Shown here: positions 15,801-29,469 of the stretch, one piece after another
How the letters are laid out: each line of letters opens with the position of its first letter
How positions within the stretch are numbered: the first letter of the stretch is position 1
Source: the human T2T-CHM13v2.0 reference genome, Homo sapiens
NCBI RefSeq assembly: GCF_009914755.1
Contig: NC_060937.1
Direction: 5' to 3' (one strand)
Length of the DNA stretch: 64,000 bases
Made by a program: the position numbers and the translations under genes
The notes under the pieces: generated by a model
The model's input: the letters and a program-made list of their open reading frames with translations, nothing else
Told to the model about the DNA's origin: nothing
The model's database searches: none

Positions 15801-18800
15801 GTACCCAAGGTATATATTCTATACTGTACAAAAAATATGAAAGTACCCAAAGCATGTATTATATACTGTACATAAAATATGAAAGTACATCAAATATATA
15901 TTTTATTCTGTACATAAAATATCAAAGTACACCAAATATATATTCTATGGTGTACATAAAATATCAAAGTACCCAAACTATACATTATATACTGTACATA
16001 AAATATGAAATTACTTCAAATATATATTATATTAGGTACATAAAATATGAAAGTACATCAAATATAAATTATATACTGTACATAAAATACCAAAGAACCC
16101 CAAATATATATTATATACTGTACATGAAATATCAAAGTTCACAAACTATATATTATATACTGTACATAAAATATCAAAGTACCCAAGGTATATATTCTAT
16201 ACTGTACAAAAAATATCAAAGTACGCAAAGCATGTATTATATACTGTACATAAAATATGAAATTACATCAAATATATATTATATTAGGTACATAAAATAT
16301 GAAAGTACATCACATATATATCATATACTGTACATAAAATACCAAAGTACCCCAAATACATATTATATACTGTACATGAAATATCAAAGTTCACAAACTA
16401 TATATTATATAATGTACATAAAATATCAAAGTACCGAAAGTATATATTCTATACTGTACAAAAAATATCAAAGTACCCAAAGCATGTATTATATAGTGTA
16501 TATAAAATATGAAAGTACATCAAATATATATTTAACACTGTACATAAAATATCAAAGTACACCAAATATATATTCTATACTGTACATAAAATATCAAAGT
16601 ACCCAAACTATACATTATATACTGTACATAAAATATGAAATTACATCAAATATATATTATATTAGGTACATAAAATATGAAAGTACATCAAATATAGATT
16701 ATACACTGTACATAAAATACCAAAGAACCCCAAATATATATTATATACTGTACATGAAATATCAGAGTTCACAAACTATATATTATATACTGTACATAAA
16801 ATATCAAAGTACCCAAGGTATATATTCTATACTGTACAAAAAATATCAAAGTACCCAAAGCATGTATTATATACTGTTAATAAAATATGAAAGTACATCA
16901 AATATATATTTTATTCTGTACATAAAATATCAAAGTACACCAAATATATATTCTATAGTGTACATAAAATATCAAAGTACCCAAACTATACATTATATAC
17001 TGTACATAAAATATGAAATTACATCAAATATATATTATATTAGGTACATAAAATATGAAAGTACATCAAATATAGATTATACACTGTACATAAAATACCA
17101 AAGAACCCCAAATATATATTATATACTGTACATGAAATATCAAAGTTCACAAACTATATATTATATACTGTACATAAAATATCAAAGTACCCAAGGTATA
17201 TATTCTATACTGTACAAAAAATATCAAAGTACCCAAAGGAAGTATTATATACTGTACATAAAATATGAAAGTACATCAAATATATATTTTATTCTGTACA
17301 TAAAATATCAAAGTACACCAAATATATATTCTATAGTGTACATAAAATATCAAAGTACCCAAACTATACATTATACACTGTACATAAAATATGAAATTAA
17401 ATCAAATATATATTATATTAGGTACATAAAATATGAAAGTACATCAAATATAGATTATACACTGTACATAAAATACCAAAGAACCCCAAATATATAATAT
17501 ATACTGTACATGAAATATCAAAGTTCACAAACTATATATTATATACTGTACATAAAATATCAAAGTACCCAAGGTATATATTCTATACTGTACAAAAAAT
17601 ATGAAAGTACCCAAAGCATGTATTATATACTGTACATAAAATATGAAAGTACATCAAATATATATTTTATTCTGTACATAAAATATCAAAGTACACCAAA
17701 TATATATTCTATGGTGTACATAAAATATCAAAGTACCCAAACTATACATTATATACTGTACATAAAATATGAAATTACTTCAAATATATATTATATTAGG
17801 TACATAAAATATGAAAGTACATCAAATATAAATTATATACTGTACATAAAATACCAAAGAACCCCAAATATATATTATATACTGTACATGAAATATCAAA
17901 GTTCACAAACTATATATTATATACTGTACATAAAATATCAAAGTACCCAAGGTATATATTCTATACTGTACAAAAAATATCAAAGTACGCAAAGCATGTA
18001 TTATATACTGTACATAAAATATGAAATTACATCAAATATATATTATATTAGGTACATAAAATATGAAAGTACATCACATATATATCATATACTGTACATA
18101 AAATACCAAAGTACCCCAAATACATATTATATACTGTACATGAAATATCAAAGTTCACAAACTATATATTATATAATGTACATAAAATATCAAAGTACCG
18201 AAAGTATATATTCTATACTGTACAAAAAATATCAAAGTACCCAAAGCATGTATTATATAGTGTATATAAAATATGAAAGTACATCAAATATATATTTAAC
18301 ACTGTACATAAAATATCAAAGTACACCAAATATATATTCTATACTGTACATAAAATATCAAAGTACCCAAACTATACATTATATACTGTACATAAAATAT
18401 GAAATTACATCAAATATATATTATATTAGGTACATAAAATATGAAAGTACATCAAATATAGATTATACACTGTACATAAAATACCAAAGAACCCCAAATA
18501 TATATTATATACTGTACATGAAATATCAGAGTTCACAAACTATATATTATATACTGTACATAAAATATCAAAGTACCCAAGGTATATATTCTATACTGTA
18601 CAAAAAATATCAAAGTACCCAAAGCATGTATTATATACTGTTAATAAAATATGAAAGTACATCAAATATATATTTTATTCTGTACATAAAATATCAAAGT
18701 ACACCAAATATATATTCTATACTGTACATAAAATATCAAATTACCCAAACTATACATTATATACTGTACATAAAATATGAAATTACATCAAATATAAATT

Positions 18801-19670
18801 CTATACTGTACATAAAATATCAAAGTACCCCAAATATATATTATATACTGTACATGAAATATCAAAGTCCACAAACTATATATTATATACTGTACATAAA
18901 ATATCAAAGAACCCAAGGTATATATTCTATACTGTACAAAAAATATCAAAGTACCCAAAACAGGTATTATATACTGTTCATAACATATGAAAGTACATCA
19001 AATATATATTTAATTCTGTACATAAAATATCAAAGTACACCAAATATATATTCTATAGTGTACATAAAATATCAAAGTACCCAAACTATACATTATATAC
19101 TGTACATAAAATATGAAATTACATCAAATATATATTACATTAGGTACATAAAATATGAAAGTACATCAAATATAGATTATATACTGTACATAAAATACCA
19201 AAGTACCCCAAATACATATTATATACTGTACATGAAATATCAAAGTTCACAAACTATATATTATATACTGTACATAAAATATCAAAGTACCCAAGGTATA
19301 TATTCTATACTGTACAAAAAATATCAAAGTACGCAAAGCATGTATTATATACTGTACATAAAATATGAAAGTACATGAAATATATATTTTATTCTGTACA
19401 TAAAATATCAAAGTACACCAAATATATATTCTATAGTGTACATAAAATATCAAAGTACCCAAGGTATATATTCTATACTGTACAAAAAATATCAAAGTAC
19501 CCAAAGCATGTATTATATAGTGTATATAAAATATGAAAGTACATCAAATATATATTTAATTCTGTACATAAAATATCAAAGTACACCAAATATATATTCT
19601 ATAGTGTACATTAAATATCAAAGTACCCAAACTATACATTATATACTGTACATAAAATATGAAATTACAT
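12881..19670 (+). repeat. N-type HOR domain 2
   Basis: Returns to acaccaaat and ccaaagaacccc variants with no 373-bp HORs. Contains copies of 1..2990. Confidence 0.8.
15194..18721 (+). repeat. Tandem duplication of a 1,764-bp unit (42 monomers = 4 x 9-mer + one 6-mer)
   Basis: Rare markers recur 1,764 bp apart: caaaggaagta (~15470/17234), atatataata stop (15733/17497), catcacatatatatcata and atcagagttc. Confidence 0.92.
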
Positions 19671-22600
19671 CAAGTATATATTAGGTACATAAAATATGAA
19701 AGTACATCACATATAGATTATATACTATACATAAAATATCAATGTACCCCAAATATATATTATATACTCTACATGAAATATCAATGTTCACAAATTATAT
19801 ATTGTATACTGTACATAAAATATCAAAGTACCCAAGGTATATATTCTATACTGTGTAAAAAATATCAAAGTACCCAAAGCATGTATTATATACTGTACAT
19901 AAAATATGAAAGTACATTAAATATATATTTTATTCTGTACATAAAATATCAAAGTACACCAGATAAATATTCTATAGTGTACATAAAATATCAAAGTACC
20001 CAAACTATACATTATATACTGTACATAAAATATGAAATTACATCAAATATATATTAGGTACATAAAATATGAAAGTACATCAAATATAGATTATATACTG
20101 TACATATAATATCATTGTACCCCAAATATATATTTTATACTCTACATGAAATATCAAAGTTCACAAACTATATATTATATACTGTACATAAAATATCAAA
20201 GTACCCAAGGTATATATTCTATACTGAACAAAAAATATCAAAGTACCCAAAGCATGTATTATATACTGTACATAAAATATGAAAGTACATCAAATATATA
20301 TCTTATTCTGTACATAAAATATCAATGTACACCAGATATATATTCTATAGTGTACATAAAATATCAAAGTACCCAAACTATACATTATATACTGTACAGA
20401 AAATATGAAATTACAACAAATATATATTATATTAGGTACATAAAATATGAAAGTACATCAAATATAGATTATATACTGTACATTAAATACCAAAGTAACC
20501 CAAATATATATTTTATACTGTACATGAAATATCAAAGTTCACAAACCATATATTATATACTGTACATAAAATATCAAAGTACACAAGGTATATATTCTAT
20601 ACTGTACAAAAAATATCAAAGTACCCAAAGCATGTATTATAAACTGTACATAAAATATGAAAGTACATCAAATATATATTTTATTCTGTACATAAAATAT
20701 CAAAGTACACCAGATATATATTCTACACTGTACATAAAATATCAAATTACCCAAACTATACATTATATACTGTACATAAAATATAAGATTACATCAAATA
20801 TATATTATATTAGGTACATAAAATATGAAAGTACATCAGATATAGATTATATACTGTACATAAAATATCAAAGTACCCCAAATATATATTATATACTCTA
20901 CATGAAATATCAAAGTTCGCAAACTATATATTATATACTGTACATAAAATATCAAAGTACCCAAGGTATATATTCTATACTGTACAAAAAATATCAAAGT
21001 ACCCAAAGCATGTATTATATACTGTACATAAAATATGAAAGTACATCAAGTATATATTTTATTCTGTACATAAATTATCAAAGTACACCAGATATATATT
21101 CTATAGTGTACATAAAATATCAAAGTACCCAAACTAAACATTATATACTGTGCATAAAATATGAGATTACATCAAATATATATTATATTAGGTACATAAA
21201 ATATGAAAGTGCATCAGACATAGATTATATACTGTACATAAAATATCAAAGTACCCCAAATATATATTATATACTCTACATGAAATATCAAAGTTCACAA
21301 ACTATATATTATATACTGTACATAAAATATCAAAGTACCCAAGGTATATATTCTATACTGTACAAAAAATATCAAAGTACCCAAAGCATGTATTATATAC
21401 TGTACATAAAATATGAAAGTACATCAAGTATATATTTTATTCTGTACATAAAATATCAAAGTACACCACATATATATTCTATAGTGTACATAAAATAACA
21501 AAGTACACAAACTATACATTATATACTGTACATAAAATATGAAATTACATCAAATATATATTAGGTACATAAAATATGAAAGTACATCAAATATAGATTA
21601 TATACTGTACATATAATATCAATGTACCCCAAATTTATATTTTATACTCTACATGAAATATCAAAGTTCACAAACCATACATTATATACTGTACATAAAA
21701 TATCAAAGTACCCAAGGTATATATTCTATACTATACAAAAAATATCAAAGTACCCAAAGCATGTATTATATACTGTACATAAAATATGAAAGTACATCAA
21801 ATATATATTTTATTCTGTACATAAAATATCAAAGTACACCAGATATATATTCTATAGTGTACATAAAATATCAAATTTCCCATACTATACACTATATACT
21901 GTACATAAAATATGAAATTACATGAAATATATATTAGGTACATAAAATATGAAAGTACATCAAATATAGATTATATACTGTACATAAAATATCAAAGTAC
22001 CCCAAATATATATTATATACTCTACATGAAATATCAAAGTTCACAAACTATATATTATATACTGTACATAAAATATCAAAGTACCCAAGGTATATATTCT
22101 ATACTGTACAAAAAATATCAAAGTACCCAAAGCATGTATTATATACTGTACATAAAATATGAAATTACGTCAAATATATATTTTATTCTGTACATAAAAT
22201 ATCAAAGTACACCAGATATATATTCTATAGTGTACATATAATAACAAAGTACACAAACTATACATTATATACTGTACATAAAATATGAAATTACATCAAA
22301 TATATATTAGGTACATAAAATATGAAAGTACATCAAATATAGATTATATACTGTACATAAAATATCAAAGTACCCCAAATATATATTTTATACTCTACAT
22401 GAAATATCAAAGTTCACAAACCATATATTATATACTGTACATAAAATATAAAAGTACCCAAGGTATATATTCTATACTGTACAAAAAATATCAAAGTACC
22501 CAAAGCATGTATTATATACTGTATATAAAATATGAAAGTACATTAAATACATATTTTTTTCTGTACATAAAATATCAAAGTACACCAGATATATATTCTA

Positions 22601-22883
22601 TAGTGTACATAAAATAACAAAGTACACAAACTATAAATTATATACTGTACATAAAATATGAAATTACATCAAATATATATTAGGTACATAAAATATGAAA
22701 GTACATCAAATATAGATTATATACTGTACATAAAATATCAATGTACCCGAAATATATATTTTATACTCTACATGAAATATCAAAGTTCACAAACCATATA
22801 TTATATACTGTACATAAAATATCAAAGTACCCAAGGTATATATTCTATACTATACAAAAAATATCAAAGTACCCAAAGCATGT

Positions 22884-23326
22884 ATTATATACTGTACATA
22901 AAATATGAAAGTACATCAAATATATATTTAATTCTGTACATAAAATATCAAAGTACACCAGATATATATTCTATAGTGTACATAAAATATCAAAGTACCC
23001 AAACTATACATTATATACTGTACATAAAATATGAGATTACATCAAATATATATTATATTAGGTACATAAAATATGAAAGTACATCAGATATAGATTATAT
23101 ACTGTACATAAAATATGAAAGTACATCAAATATATATTTAATTCTGTACATAAAATATCAAAGTACACCAGATATATATTCTATAGTGTACATAAAATAT
23201 CAAAGTACCCAAACTATACATTATATACTGTACATAAAATATGAGATTACATCAAATATATATTATATTAGGTACATAAAATATGAAAGTACATCAGATA
23301 TAGATTATATACTGTACATAAAATAT
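22884..23326 (+). repeat. Tandem duplication of 210 bp (5 monomers)
   Basis: aaatatgaaagtacatcaaatatatatttaattctg occurs at 22901 and 23111. gagattac and tcagatatag occur in both copies. The paralog at about 6205-6440 has one copy. Confidence 0.9.
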
Positions 23327-26300
23327 CAAAGTACCCCAAATATGTATTATATACTCTACATGAAATATCAAAGTTCGCAAACTATATATTATATACTGTA
23401 CATAATATATCAAAGTACCCAAGGTATATATTCTATACTGTACAAAAAATATCAAAGTACCCAAAGCATGTATTATATACTGTACATAAAATATGAAAAT
23501 ACATTAAATATATATTTTATTCTGTACATAAAATATCAAAGTACTCCAGATATATATTCTACAGTCTACATAAAATATCAAAGTACCTAAACTATACATT
23601 ATATACTGTACATAAAATATGAAATTACATCAAATATATATTAGGTACATAAAATATGAAAGTACATCAAATATAGATTATATACTGTACATAAAATATC
23701 AAAGTACCCCAAATATATATTATATACTGTACATGAAATATCAAAGTTCACAAACTATATATTATATACTGTACATAAAATATCAAAGTACCCAAGGTAT
23801 ATATTCTATACTGTACAAAAAATATCAAAGTACCCAAAGTATGTAGTATATACTGTACATAAAATATCAAAGTACCCCAAATATATATTATATACTGTAC
23901 ATGAAATATCAAAGTTCACAAACTATATATTATATACTGTACATAAAATATCAAAGTACCCAAGGTATGTATTCTATACTATACAAAAAATATCAAAGTA
24001 TCCAAAGCATGTATTATATACTGTATATAAAATATGAAAGTACATTAAATATATATTTTATTCTGTACATAAAATATCAAAGTACACCAGATATATATTC
24101 TATAGTGTACATAAAATAACAAAGTACACAAACTATAAATTATATACTGTACATAAAATATGAAATTACATCAAATATATATTAGGTACATAAAATATGA
24201 AAGTACATCAAACATAGATTATATACTGTACATGAAATATCAATGTAACCCAAATATATATTATATACTCTACATGAAATATCAAAGTTCACAAACCGTA
24301 TATTATATACTGTACGTAAAATATCAAAGTACCCAAGGTATATATTCTATATTGTACAAAAAATATCAAAGTACCCATAGCATGTATTATATACTGTACA
24401 TAAAATATGAAAGTACATCAAATATATATTTTATTCTGTACATAAAATATCAAAGTACACCAGATATATATTCTATAGGATACATAAAATATCAAATTAC
24501 CCAAACTATAAATTATATAATTTACATAAAATATGAAATTACATCAAATATATATTAGGTACATAAAATATGAAAGTACATCAAATATAGATTATATGCT
24601 GTACATAAAATATCAAAGTACCCCAAATATATATTATATACTGTACATGAAATATCAAAGTTCACAAACTATATATTATATACTGTACATAAAATATCAA
24701 AGTACCCAAGGTATATATTCTATACTTTACAAAAAATATCAAAGTACCCAAAGCATGTATTATATACTGTACATAAAATATGAAAGTACATCAAATATAT
24801 ATTTCATTCTGTACATAAAATATCAAAGTACACCAGATATATATTCTATAGTGTACATAAAATATCAAAGTACCCAAACTATACATTATATACTGTACAT
24901 AAAATATGAAATTACATCAAATATATATTATATTAGGTACATAAAATATGAAAGTACATCAAATATGGTTTATATACTGTACATTAAATACCAAATTACT
25001 CCAAATATATATTTTATACTGTACATGAAATATCAAAGTTCACAAACTATATATTATATACTGTACATAAAATATCAAAGTACCCAAGGTATATATTCTA
25101 TACTGTACAAAAAATATCAAAGTACCCAAAGCATGTATTATATACTGTATATAAAATATGAAAGTACATCAAATATATATTTTATTCTGTACATAAAATA
25201 TCAAAGTACACCAGATATATATTCTATAGTGTACATAAAATAAGAAAGTACACAAACTATAAATTATATACTGTCCATAAAATATGAAATTACATCAAAT
25301 ATATATTAGGTACCTAAAATATGAAAGTACATCAAATATAGCTTATATACTGTACATAAAATATCAATGTACCCCAAATATATATTTTATACTCGACATG
25401 AAATATCAAAGTTCACAAACCATATATTATATACTGTACATAAAATATCAAAGTACCCAAGGTATATATTCTATACTGTACAAAAAATATCAAAGTACCC
25501 AAAGCATGTATTATATACTGTACATAAAATATGAAGGTACATCAAATATATATTTTATTCTGTACATAAAATATCAAAGTACACCAGATATATATTCTAT
25601 AGTGTACATAAAATATCATAGTACCCAAACAATACATTATATACTGTACATAAAATATGAAATTACATCAAATATATATTAGGTACATAAAATATGAAAG
25701 TACATCAAATATACATTATATACTGTACATAAAATAACAAAGTACCCCAAATATATATTATATACTCTACATGAAATATCAAAGTTCACAAACTATATAT
25801 TATATACTATACATAAAATATCAAAGTACCCAAGGTATATATTCTATACTGTACAAAAAATATCAAAGTACCCAAAGCATGTATTATATACTGTACATAA
25901 AATATGAAAGTACATCAAATATATATTTTATTCTGTACATCAAATATCAAAGTACACCAGATATATATTCTATAGTGTACATAAAATAACAAAGTACACA
26001 AACTATAAATTATATACTGTATATAAAATATGAAATTACATCAAAAATATATTAGGTACATAAAATATGAAAGTACATCAAATATAGATTATATACTGTA
26101 CATAAAATATCAATGTACCCCAAATATATATTTTATACTCTACATGAAATATCAAAGTTCACAAACTATATATTATATACTGTACATAAAATATCAAAAT
26201 ACCCAAGGTATATATTCTATACTGAACAAAAAATATCAAAGTACCCAAAGCATGTATTATATACTGTACATAAAATATGAAAGTACATCAAATATATATC

Positions 26301-29300
26301 TTATTCTGTACATAAAATATCAATGTACACCAGATATATATTCTATAGTTTACATAAAATATCAAAGTACCCAAACTATACATTATATACTGTACAGAAA
26401 ATATGAAATTACAGCAAATATATATTATATTAGGTTCATAAAATATGAAAGTACATCAAATATAGATTATATACTGTACATTAAATACCAAAGTAACCCA
26501 AATATATATTTTATACTGTACATGAAATATCAAAGTTCACAAACCATATATTATATACTGTACATAAAATATCAAAGTACACAAGGTATATATTCTATAC
26601 TGTACAAAAAATATCAAAGTACCCAAAGCATGTATTATAAACTGTACATAAAATATGAAAGTACATCAAATATATATTTTATTCTGTACATAAAATATCA
26701 AAGTACACCAGATATATATTCTACACTGTACATAAAATATCAAATTACCCAAACTATACATTATATACTGTACATAAAATATAAGATTACATCAAATATA
26801 TATTATATTAGGTACATAAAATATGAAAGTACATCAAATATAAATTATATACTGTACATAAAATACCAAAGTACCCCAAATATATATTATATACTGTACA
26901 TGAAATATCAAAGTTCACAAACTATATATTCTATAGTGTACATAAAATATCAAAGTACCCAAGGTATATATTCTATACTGTACAAAAAATATCAAAGTAC
27001 CCAAAGCATGTATTATATAGTGTTCATAAAATATGAAAGTACATCAAATATATATTTTATTCTGTACATAAAATATCAAAGTACACCAAATATATATTCT
27101 ATAGTGTACATAAAATATCAAAGTACCCAAACTATACATTATATACTGTACATAAAATATGAAATTACATCAAATATGTATTATATTAGGTACATAAAAT
27201 ATGAAAGTACATCAAATATATATTATATACTGTACATAAAATACCAAAGTACCCCAAATACATATTATATACTGTACATGAAATATCAAAGTTCACAAAC
27301 TATATATTATATACTGTACATAAAATATCAAAGTACCCAAGGTATATATTCTATACTGTACAAAAAATATCAAAGTACCCAAAGCATGTATTATATAGTG
27401 TATATAAAATATGAAAGTACATCAAATATATATTTAATTCTGTACATAAAATATCAAAGTACACCAAATATATATTCTATACTGTACATAAAATATCAAA
27501 GTACCCAAACTATACATTATATACTGTACATAAAATATGAAATTACATCAAATATATATTATATTAGGTACATAAAATATGAAAGTACATCAAATATAGA
27601 TTATACACTGTACATAAAATACCAAAGAACCCCAAATATATATTATATACTGTACATGAAATATCAAAGTTCACAAACTATATATTATATAATGTACATA
27701 AAATATCAAAGTACCCAAGGTATATATTCTATACTGTACAAAAAATATCAAAGTACCCAAAGCATGTATTATATACTGTACATAAAATATGAAAATACAT
27801 TAAATATATATTTTATTCTGTACATAAAATATCAAAGTACTCCAGATATATATTCTATAGTGTACATAAAATAACAAAGTACACAAAGTATAAATTATAT
27901 ACTGTACGTAAAATATGAAATTACATCAAATATATATTAGGTACATAAAATATGAAAGTACGTCAAATATAGATTATATACTGTACATATAATATCAATG
28001 TACCCCAAATATATATTTTATACTCTACATGAAATATCAAAGTTCACAAACCATACATTATATACTGTACATAAAATATCAAAGTACCCAAGGTATATAT
28101 TCTATACTGTACAAAAAATATCAAAGTACCCAAAGCATGTATTATATACTGTATATAAAATATGAAAGTATATCAAATATATATTTTATTCTGTACATAA
28201 AATATCAAAGTACACCAGATATATATTCTACAGTCTACATAAAATATCAAAGTACCCAAACTATACATTATATACTGTACATAAAATATGAAATTACATC
28301 AAATATATATTAGGTACATAAAATATGAAAGTACATCAAATATAGATTATATACTGTACATAAAATATCAAAGTACCCCAAATATATATTATATACTGTA
28401 CATGAAATATCAAAGTTCACAAACTATATATTATATACTGTACATAAAATATCAAAGTACCCAAGGTATATATTCTATACTGTACAAAAAATATCAAAGT
28501 ACCCAAAGCATGTAGTATATACTGTACATAAAATATCAAAGTACCCCAAATATATATTATATACTCTACATGAAATATCAAAGTTCACAAACTATATATT
28601 ATATACTGTACATAAAATATCAAAGTACCCAAGTTATATATTCTATACTGTACAAAAAATATCAAAGTACACAAAGCATGTATTATATACTGTACATAAA
28701 ATATGAAAGTACATCAAATATATATTTTATTCTGTACATATAATATCAAAGTACACCAGATATATATTCTATAGTGTACATAAAATATCAAAGTACCCAA
28801 ACTATACATTATATACTGTACATAAAATATGAAATTACATCAAATATATATTAGGTACATAAAATATGAAAGTACATCAAATATAGATTATATACTGTAC
28901 ATAAAATATCAATGTACCCCAAATATATATTTTATACTGTACATGAAATATCAAAGTTCACAAACCATATATTATATAATGTACATAAAATATCAAAGTA
29001 CCCAAGGTATATATTCTATACTGTACAAAAAATATCAAATTACCCAAAGCATGTATTTTATACTGTACATAAAATATGAAAGTACATCAAATATATATTT
29101 TATTCTGTACATAAAATATCAAAGTACACCAGACATATATTCTATAGTGTACATAAAATATCAAAGTACCCAAACTATACATTATACACTGTACATAAAA
29201 TATGAAATTACATCAAATATATATTATATTAGGTACATAAAATATGAAAGTACATCAAATATAGATTATATACTGTACATAAAATACCAAAGTACCCCAA

Positions 29301-29469
29301 ATATATATTTTATACAGTACATGAAATATCAAAGTTCACACACTATATATTATATACTGTACATAAAATATCAAAGTACCCAAGGTATATATTCTATACT
29401 GTACAAAAAATATCAAAGTACCCAAAGCATGTATTAAATACTGTACATAAAATATGAAAGTACATCAAA

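Larger units (their letters stand above)
14916..23880 (+). repeat. Near-identical copy of 1..~6990, with two internal tandem expansions (1,764 bp and 210 bp)
   Basis: Base 1 aligns to 14916 (offset 14,915). ORF pairs 831/17510, 2980/19659, 3467/20146, 4974/21653 and 5606/22285 have offset 16,679. Pair 6730/23619 has offset 16,889. Only a few substitutions differ. Confidence 0.92.

Noticed and set aside
15194-18721. Special meaning of 1,764 = 42 squared
   Set aside because: It is a numerical coincidence of four 9-mers plus one 6-mer.
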